Positions 50,801-64,000 of a DNA stretch of 64,000 nucleotides are shown here, in pieces. The DNA is taken from NCBI GenBank assembly GCA_016748015.1, contig JAAOMT010000129.1:682001-746000 (forward strand). The letters run 5' to 3'. The notes under the pieces are model-generated. The model was not told the origin of the DNA, made no database searches, and saw only the letters and a list, made by a program, of their open reading frames with translations. Position numbers and translations under genes: made by a program. Every line of letters begins with the position of its first letter. The first letter of the stretch is position 1. The DNA comes from Geosiphon pyriformis uo1 (lineage: Eukaryota > Fungi > Glomeromycota).

Positions 50801-53800
50801 AAAAGTGCTGCAAGCCAAAGAGATCCTATCTGAAAAAATTTTGGAGAGAATCTTGCGGGCCGTTTCAATTAAAGCTATAGGACGGGTGTCTGTGAGAACT
50901 CCCTCCCATTCATATGGTTTAGGAATCATTGAGACCCAAGCTTCCCTCCAAGGCCCAGGAACTGACTTGCCAACCAGACAGAGATTCAAGAACACTAAAA
51001 GCATATCCAAAACAGATTTGTCACAATGCTTTCACAATTCGTTGGAGATACCAGAAAGACCAGCCACTTTTCCATCAGAAAGATTTTTAACAACAGCTGA
51101 CAATTCATCAAAACTAATCGAGCACATAACATCAGAGAAAGCACCATCGAACACGTAATCCAGAGGCCGAAATTGATGAACCCAATCCTCAGAAAAGTCA
51201 GACACCATCTCACGTTTTCTGGTTCATCCCTCCATAATATCATCCACCTTGGACTTAACCAAATCAGGCTCCAAAATCAACTCACCTTCTACAACCAGAT
51301 GATCTAGGACCACCTTGCGAAAAAGACGCTCCAAAACACTTCTAATGGTGTGACCCTTGTTCAGCTCAAAACTCTCCATTCTCTTACCAATAGCCTGCTT
51401 GATTGAGGATTCTTCAGCATGCTTGGATTCCAAAAATTTCAAAGAGCAGTACAATTTCCTTGCTTTGGCTAGTGCAGAACGAATAAGGTCAAAATCAGAA
51501 CCTGAAAAAAACAGAGACTTAACCTCCAATGCACCAGGAGAGTCGAGTCTATGCCACACCTCCAACCAAGAAGCAAAACCATCACTTAAAGCCAAACGCA
51601 AAGCCTTAACCAACTTAGAAACCAGCAGCTCCAGTTTGTGAAACTTAGAAAAAGTCCTGGTAAACACGCCGTCAAAACCTTTGAACCATTTTTTCTTGAA
51701 TATACTATCCGCTGAAAGAACCATGATCTTGTGAACAATGTTCTACATAGCGTCCACATCTGAAAACCTCACTGCCACATCAAAAGCATCTGAGAACATA
51801 GAGACATTAGCAGCTGAAGCATTCTTGAACTCCAACCACCTAACATCATCGGCATCTTTGACGTCAAACTTCCAGCAATCTCTATTTGCCTGCTTGCAAA
51901 GAGAATTCAAATGCATATCCAAGAGCCTGCCCAAACCCAAATCCACTGAAACAGCTTGATGGTCCATGTCAAAATGCTTACTGACATTTAAAACCTTACA
52001 ATGCACTATTGCATTGACAAGACACGAAGAGACAAACACATAATCAATTACTTTCATAACACCCCTAGAATTTTTCCAAGTGGGTGTTTTTGCAACCAGG
52101 CTACCAACTAAAGAATTGACCAGACCCAAATCAAAGCATTTTTTGAAACTTGCACTTTTATGAGAACCGTCTTCATTAAAATCACCCTTGAGAATGACAA
52201 AAGAAGATTCATTAACAGCCTTTGCAATAAGAGAGTTAACCTCATCAGCTTGAGAAAACCGCACCACCGAAGAAGCACCAGTGTAGAGCCCCAGAATTGA
52301 CACTGAGAGCTTATTCTTGAAAAGCAATCTAACAGACAAGAGCCAGCCAGGCACTTCAGAAACTCTGCACACATGTCTTGCCAAAAAAGAGTCCATGACA
52401 ACCGCCACACCAGCACCCAAATAACCACCCAAACACCATCAAACTTGGTGGCGATCCAGGAACGAACCTTATCCTTCAACTTTGTCTTAGTAAAAATAGA
52501 AACCAAATTTTCCATGTCCTTGTGCCAATGAACTATATCTTCCTGTTTCACAGGAATGTTCATGCCCCGAACATTACACATAGCAACCTTCCAAATTAAA
52601 CCGGTCATTGAGAAGACGAGAAAACCGAAGAACCCAAACCAGAACACAACATATCCAGTTTTGCCAAAACTGAGCCGACTGATGCATCCAAAGTCATCAA
52701 CTTTGACTCCAAACCACCAACTTTGGCAGTTAGAACCTTCGAACTACTGGAACCAAAATCAGGATTGGCATCATCAACGGTAGGGCAAAGAGAAGGAGAA
52801 GTCACCAACGGAATGTCCAGCACCATATCCAAATCCACACATGAGACCAGAAAAGCAGACGCAACGGGATGAGAGGCGAGAGAGGAAGACACCAAAGATA
52901 TCACCTTAACACAACTCAGCTTCTTCGCAATGGCAGAAACTCAGTCTGTCAAAAGCTCCAAAAAGCATTCCAAAATTGCCAACCAACTGCATAAACCAGA
53001 GATATCAGGAGGAGAGGATTCCACTGAGACTGATCCTGCGCTGAAACTCGCACCAACAGAAAAAGGACCCAAAGAAACCACATGAAAGGAAGTGCCATCA
53101 GCAACTTGGGCCCATGTCTTGCCACCAAAGGAAACTGGATGAGCAATAAGAGCCTGCTTCCTCCTATATACATTAGCCAGACAAACCCAATCCTGAGAAG
53201 TTACCACCTGCCTACTGCAAGCACCAGAATTCCCACCCATAGAACAAACATCAGAAACATAACTGAATTGTTTATACACTGCACAACAGGCTAAAGAGAA
53301 ACCAGCCCAACACAAACTCACATTTTTGAAAACTGGAATGGTACCAATAGCAGCCAACTTGGATGCCTCATTACCAAAACAAATTACAGTGCATCTATCA
53401 CAAACATATGAACTAGGATTACAGCCGATATAACAAGTTTTCCCACCATATGATTCCAACAAACTGGAGAGATCATGAGCATTGGTGCCAACTGGAAGAG
53501 TGTAAAGCAATGCCCGATGCTGATCTCTCAACATCCACGTTTGTTTATCAATATTTGCCTTTGCCATGCGAACAGAATCCTTTCCCATGAGCACAGATCA
53601 TCTAGCTGCAACCAAATCAGCCATTTCAGATAATTCATATTCCACTAGGGCCTTTTGCCAAAGACCAATAAGCTGCACTTTGATTAAAATGATCTTGCCA
53701 AACTTGGAGAACACTGCCTCAATTGCCAATTTGAGAAGATCCACTGGGATCTCCTTGACTATCACTTCCCAATCTGAATGGACACTTGATTTTCTCAGAT

Positions 53801-54686
53801 TATTATTGACTAAAATTTTCTCACTGATTGCCAATTTCCTAGCCTTATTTAAACTAATTTCAGAAGTAAATGAGGATCTGATGATCCCAGGGAATTTTGA
53901 GGGAGTTAAGACTCTTCCAAACCCATCAATGCAATAAAAATTTTTTTTCAAACTGATTATTTTATCATTATTAGTTTTGTCAGGAACTGCAGATAGCTCA
54001 ATATCCAATGCAAACAATTTTGACAAATTAAAATTCCGTTTCTCTGGTGCACGTGACCCGATTGGAGGAAAGCGATTGAATCCATGAAATTTGGGACTCG
54101 GGAGAGGCAAAGTATTCTCACTATCACTTGGAACGTTGAAAAAAAGAGGTGGCAGCTTACTGTTCAGAACATAGGTGCGAGTACGCGTCTTCTTTGGCAT
54201 GACATTGTTTATATCGTTGTCCAAACCTGAAACATCTGACTCTGCATAGCAAGTTTTTTCAGCAATAACATTTTCCACGTTATCCAAGTCTGAGACGCCA
54301 CTCACGCTGTCCACTTCGCTGTTGACTTCGCTAGCCCACAATCACCCAATGTTAGGTCTGTTACCACTTTCATCCATAACGTTCGAGACACTAGTAAACG
54401 ACTCCACCAACCTGTCAACCACCACAGGTTTTTTCGGCTTCTTATAGGATGCACCGCGAGAATGAAGACCAACCGAGTGCTTATTTTTGACACCAGACCG
54501 GGTCCCCAACCCAGCTGAAACGGACCCAGAACCACCAGCAGCAAAGCCCACCGGTTTCATAGCAACAAAAGGGGGAATGTCTAAAGAAATAACTGGAGAA
54601 AGGTAAAGGGGAAAGGGAAAAGAAAGGCTATTTCAGTGACGACTCAAAGCTCTCGTTGTGACCGGGAGATCAACGAAAGAAAGAGT
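47808..54686 (-). mobile_element. LINE copy 5, full length, nested in the ancient copy
   Basis: Poly(T) at 47808; ORF2 52608->47942; ORF1 54560->52605; 12-bp TSD GCAGTTAGATTT at 47799-47810 and 54698-54709. Confidence 0.95.
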
Positions 54687-54697
54687 TTAATAATATT

Positions 54698-54900
54698 GCA
54701 GTTAGATTTAAAAGTAAGCTTATTAGTTTTAATAGAAAAATTATTTATGTATACTGAAGCTTTTATAAATTACAATAATACTAAATCTTAAGAATTTAAT
54801 ATTTTTTAATTTATAATTATTCTATGGTTGTCTAATAATCTATCTCTAAAAAAATATCAAAGCACTTTAAAAAATAAATCATATTTTAATTCCTAGTATA
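54698..54900 (-). mobile_element. Continuation of the ancient hypermutated LINE beyond copy 5
   Basis: aatactaaatcttaagaatttaatatttt and aataatctatctctaaaaaaatatcaaagcacttt align to copy 3 gacactgggccctgtggatctaactgtttt and gaagatccgatctccaaaagcaacaccataacattt. Confidence 0.65.
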
Positions 54901-54929
54901 CAAAATTTTACACATTCTTATTTTTTTTT

Positions 54930-55090
54930 ATGCTATTTTCTATAACTATGCTTATTTCTATATAATATGTTATAATTTTTTAAAAATATGTTTATTCTTT
55001 ACAAATATGCACATTTTAGAAAATGTGTTGTAATTTTCTGAAAATATGCTCATTTTTTGTAAATATGTATATTTTTGAAAATATGTTTAC
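54930..55090. repeat. Decayed ~58-bp direct repeat (x2+) built of ~19-bp AAATATGY subunits
   Basis: aatatgttataattttttaaaaatatgtttattctttacaaatatgcacattttag and aaaatgtgttgtaattttctgaaaatatgctcattttttgtaaatatgtatatttttg. Confidence 0.6.
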
Positions 55091-56386
55091 ATATTGAGTA
55101 CTATTTTCTTATTGGTCTATTTTTATAATCTGTTTTTTGTATTTTTTTTTGTATTTTTTTTCTATAAGTAACAGCAATTAATTTTAATTTTATTTAATTA
55201 GTCTAATTTTTGAAATTAAATAATTAAATAATATAATTAAATAAAACCATATATAAAAACATATATTGTTTTGTTTTAAGACTAATAAAAATTAGTTAAA
55301 AATTAATATATTAAAAAATACAGCTAAAAATTAATTCAAATTAAAATTAGCCAATATAATTTTATTGTTGTTGTTTAAAACACCAGAAAAAAATTTGGTA
55401 TTAAACATAATTAAGAGTTAAAAAGATTGTTTTTTGGCTATTTTGGCTTTTTTGGTTATTTAAACAGCAATAAAAAAAAACAGAAAAAAATAACTTGGTT
55501 ACTAGTTTCTTATAAATATTTTAAAACTTTTAAAAAAAATAAAATTATACTAAAACTATTCCAAATAGACTGTTTTAAAAAAACTTTTAATTAAAAATAA
55601 AAAAAATGCTTTTAAAACAATAAAAAATTAGTCATTATAAAATATTATTAAGTAGTTTTAATAATTGTTAATACTTTATTGGTAAAAAAATTACCAGTTG
55701 CTTTAAGTAATAAAAAAGATAAAAAAAATGCAGTTTTTTGCTTTTTGTCTTGATTATGATCATAAAAATAGGAAAGAAAAAAAGTTTTTTTAATTATATA
55801 AAATAAATACAATTTATTTTATATAATTTAAAAATATAATTAAGTATTATATTAATTATAATTTATCAAAATGGCATTTTTAATTATCATTAACAAAAAA
55901 TATATGAACATATCTTATAATAGTAAAATATAATATAAAATATTAGATCATTATAACTTATTTTTTAATTTAAACATAAACAATATTATAAATAAGCAAA
56001 AGATGAAATGTTTTGCCATCAGTTAATCAAACTTGAAAAAAATCAAAATCCACGAAAAGTAGTCTGTAATTTAAAAAATTTGCAGTTCACAATGTCATAA
56101 ATATTTTATATTGAAAAGAACAGAATTTTCGACCCTTATTATAAAACCAAGACGAATCCAAAAATAATCTACCAGAGATAAACTCTTCTTGAAAAAATTG
56201 GGCTATTAATATAAAACAATTTTATGAACTCTCTAGATCCCTAATAATCTCTGGAAAATATTTATAATTTTACACCAGTCATGCCTCCAGAATCTTGGAG
56301 ACGTGACCGGATTGAGTCCACGTCACACGTCGTCCGTTGAGCTTTTTTTCATTTTGTATATTTGTTCACAGTCCAATTTCCTTTTC

Positions 56387-58195
56387 TCAACAATCAGGAC
56401 GGTCTTCTTCGGTGTGGAGACCCACAGAGCGGCCCTGAAGAGAATTCAAGAGCCGCCAAAAAAAGGCCTGTGACTGATCAGAACTAAATTCGAGTTCTTC
56501 TTGCAAATGTTCGTCTAAGATAGCCAACAAGAATCGATCACGTGGCATTTGGAGATCTGGTGAATATTCCCAACGGCCGTCATCGTTAAGGATTAGCTTG
56601 AAATGTAAGTCTGGAAACGCGTTAACCAAAAGTTCCTACTGGGAAAATTTAACAAGATGCAAATGTAAATCGCAAGATTTAATACCTTCTCCCTCACCAG
56701 AGCCTGTATGAATACAATCAAATATTTTACGTTTGCTTTCAATCTTGAGATCTAATACCGTTACTCCTGTCAGGTCTTCGTATAACCTAATCTCAGGAGA
56801 TGGATCAGAGTTCTGAGAGTTTGATGAGAACTGGCCTTTATGTTGTTTTATGAGATTTTGGCTCTGTCTTGTCTCATAATCAAGCTCTTTCTGAAGTTGT
56901 TTGACTGCATTGAGACAATTTCCAAATCTTTTATTTGATTGAAGTTGAATTCACGGAATTGAAAATCAGATAGTTACCTTTTTCTTGCAAGGAAACGACT
57001 TGCCTCTCACATTCCTTTGTTTTGGAATCGGATTGAGCCTTCAATCTAGAATTGAGCTCTTCCAACTCTAGTATAACGTGATCAGTAAATAGTTAAATTT
57101 TTTGCAATTGAATCGAACAAGAGTAATTAGGAGAGTAAACAAACCTTTTTCCCTTGATTCTGCCTTCTGAAGCTGAATGAGTTGACTTTCCTTTTTTTTA
57201 CTAGCTATATGAAATTGATTTAATTCGAGCCTCAAATTTCCCAATTGATTTTCAAGTGATTTAATATGCGCGTCTTTGGCTTGAGTGATTTCTTGAAGCT
57301 GTGTTTGAATTTCTTCAGCAGATATAGCGTTAAGGTTTGGTCGTTTGATTCTTGTTTTTTTGAGTGACCTTAAAGAATCATCAGTTTGTACCTCGTCCAG
57401 GTCCTTAGTTTCTGGAGGAGGCGTAACTTTTCTCTTTTTCCTATTGACTATGTCAGGTGTTTCAACGGAGACAGTTGTATTCCTTGGCTGTCTTCGATTG
57501 ATTCGAGCCTTTTTGGGAGACTGCGGGGTTTTTTTATCCCCGGTTTCGTCAGAGATTTGGACGGTCTGATCATTTTGTGTGGGAGAATTAGCCCTTCGTT
57601 TTCCATTAACATTGATAATATCAGAATTGTCATTATTCTGGGGGAGGGCAATGACTTTAGATGAGGATGAAATTATTTTGGGTGATGTGATGTCTTCTGG
57701 TTTTTGTATTATCGGGATATCTCTGATTTTGACAAGGGGCAGTCCATGATCTTCCCAGTCGGATTCCGAATCTGAAGTTGTTTCCTCCTTTTTTGACTGT
57801 TTTTGAGGATTCAAGTTTTGGCCACGCTTCGTCTTGTTGGTTTCTCCTTTATTTTGTTTTGTTTTTACTTGTTTCGGCCCAGAATCTTTCAGTTTACGGG
57901 GAGCACGTGGTTTCGCTGGTTTTTTTGCCTTTCGAATGCATTTGAAAAAGCAAGAGTTTTAAAATAAAAAAATAATTTTTACTTGCTATTTAGAAGGACG
58001 CATGTTAGGGTGACCTACCTTTGCTGTGACTCCTGACTTAGAACTCGTTTCAATATCTTGAGATTCGTTAATTATGATATCAGGCGTTACTTTAGTTTCT
58101 TGAGCGTCGGTAACCTCCTTGTCTTTGGGAGCGGATTTCACGTTTTCTTTCGTTGCAGTAACTTTTTTTGAAGTTTTAGCTTTCTTTGGAGGCAT
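56387..58195 (-). CDS. Monopolin subunit Csm1/Pcs1-like protein, multi-exon
   Basis: MPPKKAK... basic disordered N-terminus, then a coiled coil, then the C-terminal RWD-like Csm1 signature IRLYEDLTGVTVLDL...FDCIHTG..|DLHFKL...WEYSPDL...LDEHLQEELEFSSDQSQAFFWRLLNSL. Confidence 0.8.
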
Positions 58196-61100
58196 GTCTT
58201 TTTCGGTCTTTAAGTGTTAAATTTGGTTTTAGCCAGATGTAAACAATCATACTATCATGTTTTGTGATGAAAGAAATTATCTCTAAATAATGTATTTTGC
58301 ATTTTTAAATGAAAATAATAAATATTAATATTTAAATATTTTTGATAATAAGTAATTTTAAAGTACAAATCTTTTTTTAATATTAATATGATTTATTATT
58401 TAGTTTATTCAATTAATTATTCTTAATAATTTTAATAATTATAATGTTTTTAAAAAATTACAAAATTATAGTATTAACGAAATACAATTAAAATTCTAAA
58501 TGCTTCAAGTATTTGGTAATTTTATAATATATAAGTTTTTTTTGTAATCCATAAGTTAAAAAAAACAAGCACATAACGAAATGATTTGCCATGGGATTTT
58601 TTTGACAAAACCGATATTTGGTAAATGTACTTCAGGTACTATGGGGAGAATATTGCCCAAAATGCTAATTTCAAGAAACTCTATTCTGAGGTCTAATACA
58701 CTATGGAAAAGCAAAGCGCAGCCCATCATTGATAACTGGAAGGTACGTTTGTGTTCAACTGATGAGTGAATGGAAGAGGATAAAGCCTCGTTTTGGTTTT
58801 GGCAAGTAAGACTCAAGAAGGAAAACGGTCGAGATATCTCAAGCTGGAACACGCAAAGTTCGACGTTCCTTCTAATTTGGACAATTAAATTGATTATCTA
58901 TATAAAACAATTATATAAACTATTTACATCAAGTCCAAAATTATTATTATTGATAATGTTAATTTTGTTTTTTGCTATTAAAATAAAATATATTTTATCT
59001 TTTATTTCTGTTGTAACTAATTTTGTTAAACTAAATCTTTTTATTATAATAAATTAATATATTAAAACAAAATTTTATAATATAAATATTTATATCAAAT
59101 AGAAATTAATTTATTTTTAATTATATTTTTAAAAAGAATTTTTTTTTGTTATTTATCAAAAATTTTACTACAATTAAAAAAAGTAATAGTCAAAAAATTT
59201 AATAATTAAATTTTAAAAAATGATTACAATACGAAATTATAAAACAAATAATAATATTTTATTTTTTTATTTTTTTATTTTAACAAAGTATAATTCTTTT
59301 AGATTTATATAATTACAATATAAATAATTACAAATATAAAAATTTGTGTTTTTAATATATAAACAATTATTTAAACTTAAAACTAATATTTATTTAACTA
59401 ATTAAATAAATTTATTGTTTTTATTTTATTTAAGTAATCTTTTAATGTTTACCTATTATAAATATGCTTAAGTATAAAATTTTTGATTGTTTTTTTATAA
59501 TATTTTATTTTATTATTTTATATTTAATACAATTTATTAAAACTAATCACAATTAATTAACTATTTATATTACAAAAATTTTAAAAATATGTTTTATTTT
59601 TATTTTTAAATTAATTAATTTTTTTAAGTAAACTAATAACCAAATTAACAACATATTTAATTTGAATTCTTATTAATTAAAACATATTTTTATATTAATA
59701 AAAAAACAATTAAATTTACGAAAAAATTCAATTTTTTTAACATATCTTTAAAAATTTTATTAACAAATTGACAAAAAAGTTAAATACAAATACTAATAAT
59801 TCTTGTATTTAGTATTAATATAAAAAACCATTGTATTTTTTTTGTAATAAATACATGTTTTGCTTAATTTATTACAAAAATTGGAAATTAATTAGTCTAA
59901 TACTTTTAAAAAAATAAAAAAAATACAAAAGTTATTTAAGAATAAATTATAATTATTAATAATAAAACAAAAAAACTTTTTTCAAAAAAAAAATAACCAT
60001 TAAAAATTTGTTAATTAAAAATAGCTTAATAATTCAAAAGAAAATAATACTTTTGAATAAATTAATATAATATAATATATTATTATTACTAAAAAAAACT
60101 TGTTTTATCTATTTGAAATTATATTAATTTAATTATTATAATAATAAATTTATCAAAAAAAAATAAACCAAATAGAAAAACTTGAATTTATATAAAAAAC
60201 CAAAAACAAATAAATTTAAATTTAAAAAGTTAAAAAAAAACTGTTTTTATTATTAAATATAATATTTATAAATTTATAATTATATTTTTTAAATTAATCA
60301 ATATTTTTTTTATTTTTTAACAATTAATAAATAAAATATTTAAATTAATTAACAAAAATATTATTTTAGTTTATTTAAATAATATTATAATATATTTAAA
60401 AATTTAAAATAAATACTTTGAATATTTATAATTTTTAAAAAAAATACTAACTTGAAAATTAATTTAATTAAATTTTTTTTGAATATTAATCTATCTAGTT
60501 TTTTGGTTGTCTGATTTAAAATCTTAAACAACCAATAAATATTTATAAATTACTTGGTTTTTTATTATAAAAAATTTGTTAAAATTTTTCCAAAATTCTC
60601 TTTTTTTAAATCAATTATTCAAAAAAACAAATTTATTTAGTTATTAAACAAAAATATTTAACAGTAATTTAATTTATTAATTATTAAAACAAATATTTTT
60701 TTGGTACCAAATTTTTAATAATAACAAATTATTAAGTTTTGATTTAATTATATAAAAAAAAAATTAAAACATAAATAATTAATTTATTAGATATTTTAAT
60801 TAGATAAATTCAATTATAATATATAATATTTACAAAAAACCTAATTATTAAAACATTAATGTTTTTTTCAAACTTATTATCAAGTAATAATAATTATTAT
60901 TTTAATTAATTTAATTTAATTATTAATATAATTGCTTTAATAAACTTAAACAATTATTCTGTATTAATAAAATTTTAAATAAAAAACAATACTTATTAAA
61001 TTATATTCAATAACAAAAAAAATATTTGTAAAAACAATTAAATTTTTATTAGAGTTAGTTATATAAAAAAAATAAAAAAATTCTAATTGCTTTAAAAAAA

Positions 61101-61751
61101 TCATAAAATTTAAAGAAAAAAAAATTGTGATTTATAATATATATATTGATTTATTAGTTAAATATTCTAAAAAAACAAAAACAATTTAAAAAATTTTAGT
61201 TTGGTATTATTAATTTATTTTAACAAAAATATTGTTAAATACATTAAAACTTGTAATATTTATTAAAAAAAATCTCTAATAGAAAAAAAACATTTATCTA
61301 ATTTTTATTAATCAATTATTTGACAAAATTAATATTAATATTGTTAAATTTTTAATAATAATTTTTAATAAAAACAGATATATTATAATAAACACCAATT
61401 ATTTTACAAAATAAATAGAAACAAAAATTATATTTGATTAAATAATAGTTTTTATTGTTAATTTATTTATAAAAATATTATATATTATTATGACTGTTTC
61501 AAAAAACTTTTATTTATTAAAAAAAGACTTTTTTTTAATATATTAATTAAAAAACTTTGTAAAAAATTAGAAGTATATTATAAACTTTTATCTTTACATT
61601 ATTTTTAAACAAATAACTTAATAAAATATTTCAATAAAATATTATATAAAACATCAATCAAAACTGGTAAAAAACAAATTTATAAGACAAAGTACTGTTT
61701 TTATCTTTGTTTATTAATAAAATTATAAATTATAATATTACAAATTATATG

Positions 61752-64000
61752 TTTTTTTATTTATTTATTTATTTATTTTTTATTCATTTAATGAGTGAGA
61801 TCTAAACACTACTTAGAACTATATATCAATGAAATGATCTAAATTAAGCATGAATCATGCATTTTCTACATGTGACCAGCCACTTGAGCCAATTAGGACA
61901 ACACTATATACTTATATTAACAGAAACTGGGTTACCAATACCTGAAAAAAATGAACAAGACCTGTGAAAGTCAAAATGGACACCAAAAGCTTCAGCAATA
62001 CTAAGTAATTTAATTACACCAGCCAAGAACTCTGAAACCAAACCAGAGACCGAGATAGAGATTGAGCCATCTACAGGGATTAGGCCATTCTTTTCCATGA
62101 ATGTGTAATGTTTAGCACAAACCAACCAAATGTCATTCCTAAAGGCAAGACAAATAGATTGCACAAAATCAGAAATTCTAACACCAGCAACTTTGGGATT
62201 ATGGAAGATGGAAATAGCCTCCCAAAGCCAACCATTAAAAACAAAACTCTTGTAAAAAGCTGAGAAAACTGGGAAATTCAAAGCACAGGTTGACAGCAGT
62301 TGCAACACACCCAAAGAAGAAAGGGAGAGACCAGAAAGTGCCTTCCAAGAAAACATACAAGATTTCAAGATCTGATGACGAGCTGAATTATCAACTACAC
62401 AAGAAAACACATGGTCAAACACTTCCACCTCACCACAATACAGACACAAAACACTAGGGTAATATTTGTCATAAATACACTTCTGAATAGCTATGAGAAG
62501 CTGATGGTGCAAAGCCTTCATGAGGTAAGTTCGAGTATTAGCAGTCAGCCTGCTGGTAAAACCAGTGGCCATATGCAAATCAGAATGCCAAACTCTGGAA
62601 AAACAAAGCCAATCAACATCTGAACACAAATCACCATCTAGAAATCTAGAACCAGATTTGACCTTCCAATGTGCTTGACAAACAACATGAAAAACATCAT
62701 GAACAAAATGCCTAGAATTACCAGATACAACATCACCATCTGCCAATAAAAAATGTTTATCAACATGAGGAGGAAAATACCAACCAGAGAGAGATGCAGT
62801 GTCAATAAAGCTATCAATGTAATCATTCCTCAAGATACCAGAATGGCTCTTAACCTTGCACCATTTAACTCTCAAATTCTTACTGCGAATAACATTCCTA
62901 ATATGCCAACGCTCGACCCAACACTAATTGCAAAAATCAGGATACACTAGGTCAAACTCTGACCTGCAAGTATCCAAAGCTGTCTGATTATTCGAAAACA
63001 GATGGACAGAACGAGCTGCAGGCATGCACTCTAGAGCCAATGCAATAGCCTGCAGTTCTGCTAAAGTGGATAACATTAAGCCTTGAATACCAACACCCAA
63101 TCCCAAATTAATGTTCTCAAAAAAGGCAGCAGTTCCAGCTCTACAACCAATTGTGCCCAAATTTTTTACTGAACCATCCATATACACAGACAAGCTATCA
63201 ATGTCAACCCGAGAAAGACAATCACAGACAGATATAAAATCATTGGAACCATGAATGTCCAGAGGGCCAACACCAGCCAATGCCAAGGAAAAAAAATGAA
63301 AAGCCACAAGAAAAGCAACAGAAATATCAAACCAATTGGGAACTGAACCATGAGAGTCCAGCCTCTTCCATTTCTTAAAGGTGTGTTAGCTAAAAACACT
63401 ACCAAAACAATCATGAAACTGGTCCACGAAAACAATGCCATACTGCTGGAGAGAAGGTAAAATCTTACAAAACAGAGGCTCACTAAGAACAACAGACATA
63501 GATACTCTACTGTGAAACTAGAAAAAGCTGGCCAAAAAGCCATCCAAAGATAACTTGCAGTCAAAAAAAATATGAACCATACTAGCTAAGAAATTATTTG
63601 AAACATTGACATGAATATGAGCAAGGGAGACCAATAGGTGAATAGGTTGCCAATACTGAAGCTATAAGTTATGAGATCTGTGACTGAACAAGTGCCCCAA
63701 AATCCCACCAAAGTTTGCAAAACTAATAAGCAAGGCAACTTTACCCTCAGATTGACACTGTGAAAAAGACTTCAAACCATAAAAAGAGGTGTGGTGAATT
63801 GTATCACTAGGAAAGTTCGATAGAAGACCAGATTTTAGCTTCAAGCCTTTGCAAATTAAAACATCTCATTTGTTGTACACACCAATAAGAATAAAGCTAA
63901 ACTGTGTTCTATAGTTTACAATAGGGTAGAGAACTGCCAAAACCAAATACAAGAACTGTTTATCTAAGACAGCTTTCTTTAACACCAAATTAGTGAAAAA
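61752..64000 (-). mobile_element. LINE copy 6, 3' part (continues beyond the window)
   Basis: (TTTA)n tail, conserved 3'UTR, ORF2 C-terminus with RNase H (VYMDGS, AELQAI, KVKSHSG) and CLYCGEVEVFDHVFSC. Confidence 0.93.

Noticed and set aside
56285-56324. Two small hairpins downstream of the Csm1-like stop codon
   Set aside because: 5-8 bp stems, single instance, no comparative support
58757-58830. Hammerhead ribozyme core CTGATGA
   Set aside because: No stem II closing onto a CGAAA and no stem I/III pairing found
3384-63000. Many + strand ORFs overlapping the LINEs (e.g. 39451-39999, 5896-6399)
   Set aside because: Antisense shadows of ORF1/ORF2 with no consistent starts or recognisable motifs across copies

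Overview
Eukaryotic, very probably fungal, genomic DNA: short spliceosomal introns and Crm1, Csm1 and R3HCC1-type genes. The LINE proteins resemble a family I recall from Glomeromycotina (Geosiphon-like); this is unverified. Two small CpG-retaining gene islands are present: CRM1 (+) convergent with an R3HCC1-like gene (-) at ~30.7-38.6 kb, and a Csm1/Pcs1-like gene (-) at ~56.0-58.3 kb. They lie in a transposon graveyard dominated by one non-LTR retrotransposon family (ORF1 RRM-CCHC-coiled coil; ORF2 APE-RT-RNase H-CCHC). The family is seen as five full-length copies, one copy running off the window, one hypermutated relic and two 3' micro-fragments, all on the - strand. It shows a conserved AUGA stop/start overlap, a 5'-terminal hairpin and a 3'UTR four-way junction with a possible pseudoknot. 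Also present: a solo LTR nested in one LINE, a pogo-type transposase relic, a 57-bp tandem array, and ~90% AT relic tracts whose residual dinucleotides point to a C->T hypermutation process that spares ApC and is unlike classical CpA RIP.
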